Shown: positions 50,377 through 63,164 of the stretch, in pieces
How positions within the stretch are numbered: the first letter of the stretch is position 1
Layout: every line of letters begins with the position of its first letter
Origin: Squalus acanthias
Lineage: Eukaryota
Direction: 5' to 3'
NCBI GenBank assembly: GCA_030390025.1
Contig: CM059432.1
Span: 109,494,001-109,558,000 of the forward strand
Length of the DNA stretch: 64,000 bases
Notes under the pieces: model-generated
Seen by the model: only the letters and a program-made list of their open reading frames with translations
Told to the model about the DNA's origin: nothing
Database searches by the model: none
Program-made: the position numbers and the translations under genes

Positions 50377-52760
50377 GGGTTGTTTTTAACCCACCCTGCC
50401 CTGTGAGAATGGGGTGGGGAGGTCCTTAAAAATTGAGCATTTTGACATACTGCCCTCTTCCCACTGTAGCCGTGCTGGTCGCCATTTTAACAGCTCACTG
50501 CATTTAGGTGGCTGAGGAAGCAGGCGGGAGCTTTGTGAATTTATGCCAATCAATTACATCAATAGGACCTCCGATTGTATTGTAACTGGGGTCTGAGCGG
50601 GGAAGCTGCTGTGGCTTACTCCCCAGGCTGAAGCAGGTCTGCGGCTGGTCTGCAGGCAGAAGAGGCCCTCAAAGCTAAGTGTGAAACTTTTCTTTTGTGG
50701 GGCCTGGAAGAGCAGAAGGGCTCCACAAGGAAAGTCACAGCCTCCCCTGCCCTGGACTCCCCTCTTCCCTCCCACAAGACCCCCCTGAAACCCCCTCTGC
50801 AAAAACCTAGCCGCTTGCCTTCCCTTAGTTCCAGCCACCCGACCTTCCTCTCCTGCCCACTGGCCAACTGTCACCTTCCGCCTCTTTCTAGCGGGCAGCT
50901 GACTGGTGGCATGCAGATGAGGCCCAGGTGTTAAAATACCTCCAGGCCTGAAATCTAGGCTAGGGAGTGCATTTTCCACATGTTCCCTGTCCCACCCCTA
51001 CCCCTTCCCCCGTCTGCCTGATACCTGTGTAACGTTTCCAAAATTTACAGATTCCCAAAACCTAAGGAAAAAGGACTTTGGAACTACCTCAGAGTGAAAA
51101 TATTGCATTTGGGCCTAACATAAGAATTTAAGACTAAAAACCAAGTTTTGGCATTTTAAAAACATGTCTGGGCCTGTAAAGGGAGAAAAGGCTGTGAAGG
51201 AAGTTGGGTTCGACCTCTGTAAAAGCAGTTTTGGGTATTGCAGTTGATTGCATTGTCTGGGGAACCGGGATGACATCACTCAAAGCCCCAGCCGCATTAA
51301 CATTTTGACAGTAGACCCTAGGAGAAAACAGTCCCACCCAAAACAACAGGTCCCATCAAACCGATTACAGGGCCCATCGAGAAACATGCATAATACAGAG
51401 CACCCAGGACTAGGTTATAGATCAGCCTAGGAACACAAAACCAATCACCAGCAATCAGCCAAGAAGATCGACAGGATGCAAACCATCCCAAAATCCATTT
51501 GACACTTACAGAGCAGTTACTGGTAGCAGGCCCGCCAAATTCAGACAATGAACTGAACAGATTTGGCGGGTAGATAAGGCCATATTCAATGGGTCAGATT
51601 GAAGGCCTGTTAAAACCCAGTTAACGTGCTAGTAAATTGTTACCGATTTACGAGCCCGCCAAAACTAGACAATGAACTGAACAGATTTGGCGGGTAGATA
51701 AGGCCACTTCAATTCTGTATAATTGAAGGCCCACCAAGCACACACCAAGCAGAAAGAGAAGCTAGAAGAGAGAGAAACACTACAGTCCAGCGTTCGTTGG
51801 GGCGAGCAGTCAGTCGCAACCGGTGGTCATCAGAAGGAGGAGAGACCAAGAAGAAGAAGGCCCGAGCTGGAAGCGAGTCGGCATCGCTCACCACTCAGAC
51901 ACACCTGAGTCCAGCTCGCGAAGACACCACCTCGACGGACCCCCAACAACGGCCCCAACACAGTCACCCGGAGCAACAAGCAGCAACAAGTCACCGACGG
52001 CTCCACGAGGTCGACCGACACACCAACCAAGGCCTAAAGCCATCGCGGAAACCAAAGGCCTCACGAAACCAACAACCGCGCATTACCCCCAACTGATCGG
52101 GTAATCGCAGGCCACCGCGACCAACAAAGACCAACTCCAGGGAAGAAAACCCGAAGAATCGCAAAGTTTCCACGCTACAAACTACTCCTGACTTACCCCT
52201 GGGTAAGATTTTCCCCAAAGACTCTAAGCCCTACTGCTCAACTAAAGAAATTGGGTACTCACCAGATAAATCCATAACGACATCCTACCACATCAGCGGA
52301 CTCGCGAAGACTGACCAGAGACCCAAGTGAAGTCCTCTATCGCGTACGGGGTACGGCAGACACTAACCGCCATAAACAGCGAACCCCAAAACCGCGATTT
52401 AGCCCAACTGTCAAAGGATTGGTGAGCATTATCCCTGGTCCTTCAAAACCTAACTTAGCTAGTAAAGTGGGATTGGGAGGGGTGAAGTATTGTTTTACTG
52501 TCATTTCCCTCGCTTGTACCGAAGTGTTCCCCGCCTTTAGAGTGATAAGAGTGTTATTATTTGTGTCTTACCTTTTAATAAAGATTGAAGTTCTTTCATC
52601 AAACTCAATTGTCTGCTGCACCTTTTGTATCACAACCCCCAAATAAGTCCAAGGTCTAGAACCAAGGATCTGTGGGAGTGATTCGAACCGTTCAGAAGTC
52701 AGAGGTAAAGCTGACACAAAAACACCACCCCCTACAACTGCTTGGGATTAAAATTGACCC
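50377..52760. mobile_element. Probable MITE interrupted by a solo LTR
   Basis: Imperfect ends GGGTTGTTTTTAA / TTAAAATTGACCC; no clear TSD. Confidence 0.4.
51028..52736 (+). mobile_element. Solo LTR (1709 bp)
   Basis: TGTAA...CTACA, TSD CCTG/ACTG, TATAA 51718, GGTGAG 52421, AATAAA 52577. Confidence 0.75.
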
Positions 52761-53069
52761 ATAGGTCTTTCCCCCACTCAACACTCTATGTTTGCAACCC
52801 TGTATGGCGTACATCAGTGGTGGCTGGTGACCTTTTTGACAGGTGAGGTACAGCTATACATGGCTAATCAAGCCAGTGTGTATGAAGCTCATGGGTGTTT
52901 AAAGAACAGTGACCAGTAAATCCATCTTTCCCAAAGGACGCCCTCCCTCGCATTGCCATGCTAAGTCGAGGAAAGAAAATTAGGCCACAGATCCGCTACC
53001 AACAGTTAAACTTAAATAAATATATCTAAAAAAATATAAATACCTCTAAAATTCCAGCGGAAAATCTGT

Positions 53070-53545
53070 GCAGGATTCCAGGTGAGGCCTGGGATGAGAG
53101 GACTGTCCAATGATGAGAAATTGTGTAGAATGGGCCTATACTCTCTGGAGTTTAGAAGAATGACAGGTGATCTCATTGAAACATACAAGATTCTGAAGGG
53201 GATTGACAGGGTAGATGCTGAGAGGTTGTTGTCTAGAACTAGGAGGCATAGTCTCTGGATAAGGGGTAGGCCATTTAAGACTGAGATGAGGAGGGATTTC
53301 TTCACTCAGAGGGTTGTGAATCTTTGCAATTCTCTGCCCCAGAGGGCTGTGAATGCTGAGTCTTTGAGTATATTCAAGGTTGAAACAGATAGATTTTTGG
53401 ACTCTAGGGGAATCAAGGGATATGGAGATCGGGCGGGAAAGTGGAGTTGAGGTCGATGATCAGCCATGATCTTATTGAATGGTGGAGCAGACTCGAGGGG
53501 CCATATGGCCTACTCCTGCTCCTATTTCTTATGTTCTTATGTTCT
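53070..53545 (+). mobile_element. CR1 3' fragment
   Basis: GLYSLEFRRM.GDLIETYKI; TTCTTATG tail. Confidence 0.88.
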
Positions 53546-54389
53546 CACTTGCCTCACCTGACGAGCCTCCTCTGGTGTACAAATGCTTGACATTAGGCCC
53601 TACCCACATGCTGAATATTACTTTATCCTTAGCAAAATACTGCGGATGCTGGAAATCTGAAATAACAACAGAAAACGCTGGAAAAACTCAGCAGGCCAGG
53701 CAGCATCCGTGGAGAGAGAAAGAGAGTTAATGTTTCAGGTCGATGACCTTTCGTCAGAACTGTGAAGAGCCGGAAATCAAATAGATTTAAGGCCAGAGTA
53801 AAGCTGGGAAAAGGGGGAGGGGATAAAAGAACAAAGGGGGAGATGAAGAGACATTAAGAGACATTAAGAGATATGCAAGGCTAGAGGTGGTGTTAATGTG
53901 ACAGATTAAGGCTGAAAGAAGTGTGAAATCCACTGGCAGAATGAAGGACAGCTGCCAGCTTCTAGGAGGAAAAAAAAGGTGGGGGGGGCAAATAAAAGGA
54001 TGGAAAAAATAAAATATAAATGTGATTGGAGCTGAGGTTATGATCTAAAATTGTTGAACTCGATATTGAGTCCAGAGGGCTGTAGCGTGCCTAAACGAAA
54101 GATGAGGTGCTGTTCCTCGAGCTTACGCTGCGCTTCCGTGGAACAGTGTAATAGGCCGAGGACGGTGAGGTCAGAGTGGGAGTGAAGCGGTGAATTAAAG
54201 TGACAGGCCACCGGGAGCTCGGGGTCCCCCTTACGGACTGAACGGAGGTGTTCCGCAAAGCGGTCACCCAATCTGCGTTTGGTCTCCCCAATGTAGAGGA
54301 GACCACATCGTGAGCAGCGAATACAGTATACTAAATTGCAGGAAGTACAAGTAAATCGCCTTAAATCTATTTGATTTCCGGCTCTTCAC

Positions 54390-54426
54390 AGTTCTGACGA
54401 AAGGTCATCGACCTGAAACGTTAACT
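54390..54426 (+). ncRNA. Minimal type I hammerhead ribozyme in pLTR
   Basis: AGTT-CTGACGA-AAGGTC atc GACCT-GAA-ACGT-T-AACT. Confidence 0.85.
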
Positions 54427-54444
54427 CTCTTTCTCTCTCCACGG

Positions 54445-57312
54445 ATGCTGCCTGGCCTGCTGAGTTTTTCCAGCGTTTTCTGTTGTTATTTCAGATTTCC
54501 AGCATCCGCAGTATTTTGCTATCGTATTAGTGTTTGGTTCACTGCCACCTCTCTTCTAGGAATGCCTACCTTGAAGAAGTTCTGCTCTTCTCTTCGACGG
54601 GATTTCTGTTTGGCTCTTCAACCTTGTTCATCTTCATTGATTTCAGTTTCCCTTCTCGTGTTTGATCAGGTATCTTCCAAGACTCGGTTTCACAGCCACA
54701 TTACTTTCCTCAGCAACTGTCTCCGGTTCCAACTTATCCCACGTGGATTCCAACTAAACTTCCACCCTTCGTGTTTCGGATCAACCCAGGATTACAAATA
54801 TCTCCAAGATATTCATCGTTCCTCGAACTACTGCTCTCGCCGCATCTTGAGATCCACGCTCAACGCCATGCGGTGCCACATGAACACTCTCGACCTCTCT
54901 CTTCAGCAGCACCGACGCACTCTATCTCAAAGCTGTCCGGGTCCACAGTTCCATTTCATCCTTAGACTCATCCGACGCTTCAACAAAAAACTTTTCTTCT
55001 TCCTTTCCGATGTCAAGGATCGCAAGCTTCAACAACTCTCGGACACTAACGCCCCTCCGGAACCTTCTTCCCCGTTACTTTCCTCTGACCCCCCTTCTCC
55101 CAATCTCACCCCCTGCCGCATTTTCACTATCCCCTCTGACCTTCCCCTCTCTGACTCCGAACGATCAGTCCTCAGCAAAGGCCTGACCTTCATCCCCTTA
55201 CGCCCCCATCTCAATGAATTTCGAGCTCGGCACGATGCTGAGCTCTTTTTCCGCCGCCTCCGTCTCCGTGCCCACTTCTCTGGCCAGGAGTCTTCCCCCC
55301 GCACGGCTGACCCTTTCTCCCGCTTTCAGAATTCTCGTTCCACCTGGACCCCTCCCTCTGGCCTCTTACCCTCTCTAGATCTTTTCATTGCTAACTGCCG
55401 CCGTGACATCGGCCAGCTCAATTTCTCTGCTCCCCTCACTCACTCCAACCTACCTCCCTCTGAACTTGCAGCACTCCATTCTCTCCGATCCAACACTGAC
55501 ATTGTCATTAAACCTGCTGACAAGGGTGGCGCTGTTGTTGTTTGGCGAACCGACCTCTACCTAGCGGAAGTTGAACGCCAACTCTCTGACACCTCCTCCT
55601 ACCTCCACCTGGACCATGACCCCACTACTGAACATCAAGCCACCGTGTCCAAGACCGTCACTGACCTCATCTTCTCTGGAGATCTTCCCCCCACGGCCGC
55701 CAACCTCATAGTTCCCCAACCGCGCACAGCCCGCTTCTACCTCCTTCCCAAGATCCACAAACAGGACTGCCCCGGCAGACCCATCGTTTCAGCCTGTTCT
55801 TGCCCCACGGAACTTATCTCTTCCTATCTCGACTCTATTTTTTCTCCCCTTGTCCAGTCTCTTCCCACCTACATCCGCGACTCTTCCGATGCCCTCCGCC
55901 ATTTTAACAGTTTCCAGTTTCCCGGCCCCAACCGTCTCCTCTTCACTATGGACGTACAATCCCTCTACACCTCCATTCCCCACCAGGATGGCCTGAGGGC
56001 GCTCCGCTTCTTCCTTGAACAGAGGCCCAACCAGTCCCCATCCACCACCACCCTCCTCCGCCTGGCTGAACTTGTTCTCACATTGAACAACTTCTCCTTT
56101 GACTCTACCCATTTCCTCCAAATTAAAGGTGTTGCTATGGGTACCCGCATGGGTCCTAGCTATGCCTGCCTTTTCGTGGGATATGTGGAACACTCTTTGT
56201 TCCAGTCCTACTCGGGTCCCCTCCCTCACCTCTTTTTCTGGTACATTGATGACTGTATCGGTGCCGTCTCCTGCTCTCGCCCTGAACTAGAACATTTCAT
56301 TCACTATGCTTCCATTTTCCACCCTTCCCTCACCTTCACATGGTCCATCTCCGACTCTTCCCTTCCCTTCCTCGACTTCTCCATCTCCATCTCTGGGGAT
56401 AGGTTATTGACTAACATTCACTACAAGCCCACTGACTCCCACAGCTACCTGGACTACACTTCCTCCCACCCTGCCTCCTGTAAGGACTCTATTCCATTCT
56501 CCCAGTTTCTCCGTCTCCGCCGCATCTGCTCTGATGATGCTACCTTCCATACCAGTGCTTCCGACATGTCTTCCTTTTTCCTCAACCGAGGATTCCCCTC
56601 TATCGTGGTCGACACGGCCCTCGACCGTGTCCGTTCTATCTCCCGCACTTCTGCCCTCACCCCTGCCCCTCCCTCCCGGAACCACGATAGGGTTCCCCTT
56701 GTCCTCACCTTTCACCCCACCAGCCTCCACATTCAACGGATCATCCTCCGCCATTTCCGCCACCTCCAGCGTGATCCCACCACCAAACACATCTTCCCCT
56801 CACCTCCCCTTTCAGCATTCCGCAGGGACCGCTCCCTCCGCGACACCCTAGTCCACTCCTCTACCACCCCCAGCACCCCTTCCTCTTCGCCCGGCACCTT
56901 CCCGTGCACGCGCAGGAGATGCAACACATGCCCTTACACCTCCCCTCTTCCCACTGTCCAGGGCCCCAAACACCCCTTCCAGGTGAAACAGCGATTTACT
57001 TGTACTTCCTGCAATTTAGTATACTGTATTCGCTGCTCACGATGTGGTCTCCTCTACATTGGGGAGACCAAACGCAGATTGGGTGACCGCTTTGCGGAAC
57101 ACCTCCGTTCAGTCCGTAAGGGGGACCCCGAGCTCCCGGTGGCCTGTCACTTTAATTCACCGCTTCACTCCCACTCTGACCTCACCGTCCTCGGCCTATT
57201 ACACTGTTCCACGGAAGCGCAGCGTAAGCTCGAGGAACAGCACCTCATCTTTCGTTTAGGCACGCTACAGCCCTCTGGACTCAATATCGAGTTCAACAAT
57301 TTTAGATCATAA
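54445..57312 (+). CDS. Penelope RT + GIY-YIG endonuclease (open 955-codon frame; start may be ATG 54562)
   Basis: IKPADKGGA, LLPKIHK, GRPIVS, GVAMG, YIDD, LVYCIRC..LYIGET..RFAEH, GLN. Confidence 0.96.
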   Translation: MLPGLLSFSSVFCCYFRFPASAVFCYRISVWFTATSLLGMPTLKKFCSSLRRDFCLALQPCSSSLISVSLLVFDQVSSKTRFHSHITFLSNCLRFQLIPRGFQLNFHPSCFGSTQDYKYLQDIHRSSNYCSRRILRSTLNAMRCHMNTLDLSLQQHRRTLSQSCPGPQFHFILRLIRRFNKKLFFFLSDVKDRKLQQLSDTNAPPEPSSPLLSSDPPSPNLTPCRIFTIPSDLPLSDSERSVLSKGLTFIPLRPHLNEFRARHDAELFFRRLRLRAHFSGQESSPRTADPFSRFQNSRSTWTPPSGLLPSLDLFIANCRRDIGQLNFSAPLTHSNLPPSELAALHSLRSNTDIVIKPADKGGAVVVWRTDLYLAEVERQLSDTSSYLHLDHDPTTEHQATVSKTVTDLIFSGDLPPTAANLIVPQPRTARFYLLPKIHKQDCPGRPIVSACSCPTELISSYLDSIFSPLVQSLPTYIRDSSDALRHFNSFQFPGPNRLLFTMDVQSLYTSIPHQDGLRALRFFLEQRPNQSPSTTTLLRLAELVLTLNNFSFDSTHFLQIKGVAMGTRMGPSYACLFVGYVEHSLFQSYSGPLPHLFFWYIDDCIGAVSCSRPELEHFIHYASIFHPSLTFTWSISDSSLPFLDFSISISGDRLLTNIHYKPTDSHSYLDYTSSHPASCKDSIPFSQFLRLRRICSDDATFHTSASDMSSFFLNRGFPSIVVDTALDRVRSISRTSALTPAPPSRNHDRVPLVLTFHPTSLHIQRIILRHFRHLQRDPTTKHIFPSPPLSAFRRDRSLRDTLVHSSTTPSTPSSSPGTFPCTRRRCNTCPYTSPLPTVQGPKHPFQVKQRFTCTSCNLVYCIRCSRCGLLYIGETKRRLGDRFAEHLRSVRKGDPELPVACHFNSPLHSHSDLTVLGLLHCSTEAQRKLEEQHLIFRLGTLQPSGLNIEFNNFRS

Positions 57313-58068
57313 CCTCAGCTCCAATCACATTTATATTTTATTTTTTCCATCCTTTTATTTGCCCCCCCCACCTTTTTTTTCCTCCTAGAAGCTGGCAGCT
57401 GTCCTTCATTCTGCCAGTGGATTTCACACTTCTTTCAGCCTTAATCTGTCACATTAACACCACCTCTAGCCTTGCATATCTCTTAATGTCTCTTAATGTC
57501 TCTTCATCTCCCCCTTTGTTCTTTTATCCCCTCCCCCTTTTCCCAGCTTTACTCTGGCCTTAAATCTATTTGATTTCCGGCTCTTCACAGTTCTGACGAA
57601 AGGTCATCGACCTGAAACATTAACTCTCTTTCTCTCTCCACGGATGCTGCCTGGCCTGCTGAGTTTTTCCAGCGTTTTCTGTTGTTATTACTTTATCCTT
57701 CCCTGACCATGGTTACAGCTAAGCCTTCACTTTCACCTATTCTATTGTAGAGTGCCTCGCTGTATGAAGTTGTATGACTTGCAACAGACTTCAATACTTT
57801 TTGAGATCTATGAGACCTTGTTGGAGCTACACTGTGAAACACCTGTGATCTGTCCAAGCAGACTGGCATGACTCCCTCTCAGAGGCTGGAGAGCTCAGCT
57901 CCTGTATGTAAATGACTCCAGGACTGGAAATACAGCTGGAACTATGGGGGGCATCTCATCGGTATAGCGGGGGGCAATGTTGGTGGCCACCAGAGATTCA
58001 ACGCAAGTGAGACACATAACTGATTGGCTTTAGACCAAAAATCTTATCAAATATTCTGTGGAGACAAT

Positions 58069-58733
58069 GGGGTCGAAATTCAACATCGTTGCGCCTGCTT
58101 TCCAGGCATAAAATGGGTGCAGCGATAACCAATTTAGCAAGGCCCACGTCCAATCTGCAACTCAGTCTGGCCTATATGTGACCCCAGTCCCGCACCAACA
58201 TGGCTACACTTAACTGAACTCTGAAGTGGTTGGTTGGGGCCTTTTTTAGGCGGCCCGGTTGGCTGCTTTAAATGAGTGCAAGGCTCATTTCAGTATTGAG
58301 GCATTGCGCAAGCTTTGACTATTATTTCTGGGTCTGGCGCAGCGCAACCAGTGGGCCTTAAATGGATCGTTGGAGGCCACTCAAAACAATTCCCCAAAAC
58401 CATATGAAATGTAGTTTTTTGTGGAGTTGAAAGGAGCAGGAGTGCCCCAGCTCACTTCAGGAGAAAACTGTGGGCTGCTACCGGCCCGCTCTCGTCCTCT
58501 CCCCAATCGCCTCCCCCAGACTTGCCTGTGGGCCTCAGCACTGGCCAAACTTTGTCAGGCCCAATAGAAGGACTAGGTTGGGCGCCTGATTGGTGCCCGC
58601 AACTCATCTGAATTATGATGATGAGGCCTGAGGACTAATTTAGTTCAGTCCTCGGGCCTCTCTGATCTGGCGCGCTGTTGCTGCACACCGGCAGAATTGC
58701 GCTCGGTTTGGGTTGTTGACCAATTTAGGCCCC
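58069..58733. mobile_element. MITE (Harbinger-like)
   Basis: TIR GGGGTCGAAATT / AATTTAGGCCCC, TSD AAT. Confidence 0.65.
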
Positions 58734-58869
58734 AATGGGCCCAAAATTTTGTGGACCCTGTTAAACAAGTGGAAGTGTAGCAGGATGGAACCTCTGCTTG
58801 CTGCTTTGCTCTGGTTTTGACCCTTTCCTGTTCGAGATTGCAGGGATGGGCCCATTTACACAATTGAGG

Positions 58870-61800
58870 AGGGCAGTTCACCTATAAAGAAGCTAAGCCC
58901 AGTGTACCAGTAGAGTTTAAAGTGAAGTAAGGACCCTAGTGTATTTAATATTCTTTAATTTAAAAGAAGTAAAGGGAGTAAGTTAAGGGTAGGGACATGG
59001 CAGGACAGATCGGCAGCATGGAGTGCTCCTCCTGTGCTATGTGGGAAGTCAGGGACACTTTTGGTGTCCAGGGTGAACACATGTGCAGGAAGTGTCTCCA
59101 GCAGCAGCTACTCGAAATCTGCGTTTTGGAGCTGGAGCTGCGGCTGGAGTCACTGTGGAGCATCCGCGAAGCTGAGATCTTCATCAATAGCACGTTTAAC
59201 GAGGTGGTCACACCGCAGGTAAAGAGTGCACAGGCAGACAGGGAATGGGTGGCCGCCAGACAGAGGAAAAGAACTAGGAAGGTAGTGCAGGAGTCCCCTG
59301 GGTCCATCTTCCTCTCCAACAGATTTTCCGTTTTGGATACTGCTGGGGGAGATGGTTTCTCAGGGGAATGCAGCAAGAGCCAAGTCCGTGGCACTAGGAG
59401 TGGCTCAGCTGCACAGGAGGGGAGGAAAAAGAGTGGGAGAGCAATAGTGATAGGGGATTCTCTCGTAAGGGGAACAGATAGATGTTTCTGTGGCTGCAGA
59501 CGTGACTCCAGGATGGTATGTTGCCTCCCTGGTGCCAGGGTCAAGGATGTCACTGAACGGCTGCAGGGCATTCTGAAGGGGGAGGGCGAACAGTCAGAGG
59601 TCGTGGTTCACATTGGTACCAACGACATAGGAAGAAAGAGGGATGAGGTCCTGCAACAAGAATTTAGTGAGCTAGATAGCAGATTAAAAAGCAGGACCTC
59701 AAAGGTTGTAATCTCTGGATTACTCCCGGTGCCACGTGCTAGTGAGTATAGGAATAGGAGGATAGAGCAGATGAATGCGTGGCTAAAGAGTTGGTGCAGG
59801 AGGGAGGGCTTTAGTTTCCTGGATCACTAGGTCTGCTTCTGGGGAAGGTGGGACCTGTACAAGACGGACAGGTTGCACCTGAACCGGAACGAAACCAACA
59901 TCCTTGCGGGGAGGTTTGCTAGTACTGTTGGGGGGGGGGGGTTAAACTAAATTGGCAGGGGGGTGGGATACAGAGTGGAGCTATAGTAGGGGCTGATGCA
60001 CAGCCAAATATAGAGGGAAAAACAAGTCAGCCTGGAAGGCAGAGCAAATATGTAACGGCACAAGGGAGTATGGCAAGGCTGGATGGCATTTATTTTAATG
60101 CAAGGAGTCTTGCGAGTAAGGCAGATGAATTGAAGGTGTTGATGAACACATGGGAGTATGATATTGTTGCTATCACAGAGACATGGTTGAGGGAGGGGCA
60201 GAACTGGCAGCTCAATATTCCGGGGTATAGAATCTTCAGGCGAGACAGAGGAGGGTGTAAACGAGGAGAGGGTGTCGCAATATTAATCAAAGAGTCAATT
60301 ACTGCTGTAAGGAGGATGATATCTTAGCAGGTTCCTCTAATGAGGCCATATGGGTAGAACTTAAAAACAAAAAGGGGGCAAGCACTTTGCTGGGAGTGTA
60401 CTGTAGGCCCCCAAACAGTCAGGGGGAGATAGAGGAACAGATATGTAGGCAAATCTCAGAGAAGTGTAGAAATAATAGGGTAATAATATTAGGGGATTTC
60501 AACTTCCCCAATATTAACTGGGATAGTCAGTGTGTGAAAGGCTTAGAGGGTGCAGAATTCTTAAAGTGCATCCAGGAGAGCTTTTTGAGCCAGCATGTAA
60601 TAAGTCCTACAAGAGAGGGGGCGGTACTGGACCTAATTCTAGGGAATATACCTAGGCAAGTGGTAGAAGTGTCAGTAGGAGAGCATTTTGGTGACAGTGA
60701 CCATAATTTGGTGAGATTTAAGGTAGTCATGGAAAAGGACAAAGATGGACCGGAAATAAAGGTTCTAAATTGGGGGAAGGCCGATTTTAATATGATAAGG
60801 CAGGATCTGGCCAAAGTGGATTGGGATCAGCTACTTGTAGGAAAATCCACATCAGAGCAGTAGGAGTCTTTCAGAAAGGAAATAGAGAGAGTACAACGCC
60901 AACATGTTCCTGTAAAGGTCAAGGGTGGGACCAACAAGTCCAGGGAACCCTGGAAGTCAAGGGATATACAAGAATGGATTAGGAAAAAAAGGGAGGCTTT
61001 TGGCATATACAAAGGACTAAAAACAGTGGAAGCCCTAGAGGAGTATAGAAAGTGCAGGGGGGTACTTAAAAAAGAAATTAGGAGAGCGAAGGGGGGGGCA
61101 TGAAAAAACACTGGCGGCCAAAATAAAGGAAAATCCCAAGGTGTTTTATAAGTACAGGAATCCCGCCCCAACCACGGTTTTGCCATAACGCGGTTTTCAA
61201 GTATACACGGTTTCCTCTCTACGACAACTTTTACCAACTGCGGCAGTGAATTTAGCGTATATATGGATTTTAATTTAGGATTAAGGTAAATTACATGATT
61301 TTATTGCTTTTATATTCTTTTCTTTTGTGTTATTTGAACATTTATACTGCATTTGCAACCGTGGTTTTACTAACCACAGGGGTTTTCAGGGACGTATCCC
61401 CCGCGGTTGGGGAGGGATTACTGTATATTAAGGGCACGAGGATAACCAAAGAAAAAGTAGGGCCCATTAGGGACCAAAGCGGCAATCTGTGTGCAGAGCC
61501 GGAAGATGTGGGTGAGGTTTTAAATGAATATTTTGCATCTGTGTTCACTATGGAGAAGGACGATGTAGGCATAGAAATCAGGCAGGGGGATTGTGATATA
61601 CTTGAACAAATTAGTATTGAGAGGAAGGAGGCGGTTTTAGCGGGCTTAAAAGTGGAAAAATCCCCAGGCCCAGACTAGATGTATCCCAGGCTGCTGTGTG
61701 AGGCAAGGGAGGAGATTGCAGGGGCTCTGACACAAATTTTCAGGGGAGGTGCCAGAGGACTGGAGGACAGCTAACGTAGTACCATTATTCAAGAAGGGTA

Positions 61801-63164
61801 GTAGGGATAAACCAGAGAATTACAGGTCAGTGAGCCTAACATCAGTGGTAGGGAAATTATTGGAAACAATTCTGAGGGACAGAATTAGTTTCCACTTGGA
61901 GAGGCAAGGATTACTCAAGGATAGTCAGCATGGCTTTGTCAGGGGGAGATCATGTCTAACCAATTTGATTGAATTTTTTGAGGGGGTGACTAGGTGTGTG
62001 GCTTAGGGTAGTGCAGTTGATGTAGTCTACATGGACTTCAGTAAGGCTTTTGACAAAGTCCCGCATGCGAGACTGGTCAAGAAGGTAAGAGCCCATGGGA
62101 TCCAGGGCAATTTGGCACATTGGATCCAAAATTGGCTTAGTGGCAGGAGGCAAAGGGTGATGGTCGAAGGTTGTTTTTGTGACTGGAAGCCTGTGTCCAG
62201 TGGTGTACCGCAGGGATCGGTGCTGGGTCCTTTGCTGTTTGTAGTGTACATTAATGATTTAGATATGAATGTAGGAGGTATGATCAGTAAGTTCGCAGAT
62301 GACACGAAAATTGGTGGAGTGGCAAATAGCGAGGAGGGAAGCCTCAGGCTACAGGACGATATAGACGGGTTGGTCAGATGGACAGAGCAGTGGCAAATGG
62401 AATTTAACACTGAAAAGTGTGGGGTGATGCATTTTGGGAGGACTAACAAGGCAAGGGAATACTCAATGAATGGTAGGATTCTAGGAAGGACAGAGGATCA
62501 AATGGACCTTGGTGTGTATGTACATAGATCCCTGAAGGCAGCAGGACAGGTAGATAAGTTGGTTAAAAAGGCATATGGGATACTTGCCTTCATTAGCCAA
62601 GGCATAGAATATAAGTGCAGGGAGGTTATGATGGAGCTGTACAAAACGCTAGTTAAGCCACAGCTGGAATACTGTGTGCAGTTCTGTTCGCCAGACTTTT
62701 GGAAGGATGTGCAGAGGAGATTCACCAGGATGTTACCTGGGCTGGAGCGCTTCAGCTATGAAGAGAGACTGGACAGGCTGGGGTTGTTTTCCTCAGAGCA
62801 GAGAAGGCTGAGGGGGGACCTGATTGAGGTGTACAAAATTATGAGGGGCATAGATAGGGTAGATAGAAAGGAACTTTTCCCCTTAGTAGAGGGGTCAATA
62901 ACCAGGGGCAGGAGGTTTAGAGGGGATTTGAGGAAAAACTTTTTCACCCAGAGGGTGGTTGGAATCTGGAACTCACTGCCTGAAATGGTGGTAGAGGCAG
63001 GAATCCTCACAACATTCAAGAAGCATTTAGATGAGCACTTGAAACGCTATAGCATACAAGGCTACGGACCAAGTGCTGGAAAATGGGATTAGAATAGATA
63101 GGGCTTGATGGCCAGTGCAGACACGATGGGACGAAGGGCCTCTTTCTGTGCTGTATAACTCTAT
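58870..63164 (+). mobile_element. Near full-length degenerate CR1 (esterase ORF1 from 58997; ORF2 ~60070-63092)
   Basis: IGDS/GTND ORF1; APE and RT motifs with stops; ACTCTATG tail continuing at 63900-63920; 5' boundary approximate. Confidence 0.9.
61155..61423. mobile_element. Tc1/mariner-pogo (Tigger-like) MITE
   Basis: 23-bp TIR CAG(G/T)AATCCC(G/T)CCCCAACC(A/G)CGG, TA TSD; empty site seen in sibling CR1 at ~30330. Confidence 0.88.

Larger units (their letters stand above)
53631..57685 (+). mobile_element. Young Penelope-like element with inverted 5' segment (53631-54358) and direct pLTRs
   Basis: TSD TATTACTTTATCCTT (53616-53630, 57686-57700); inverted copy of ORF 3' end plus pLTR. Confidence 0.95.
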
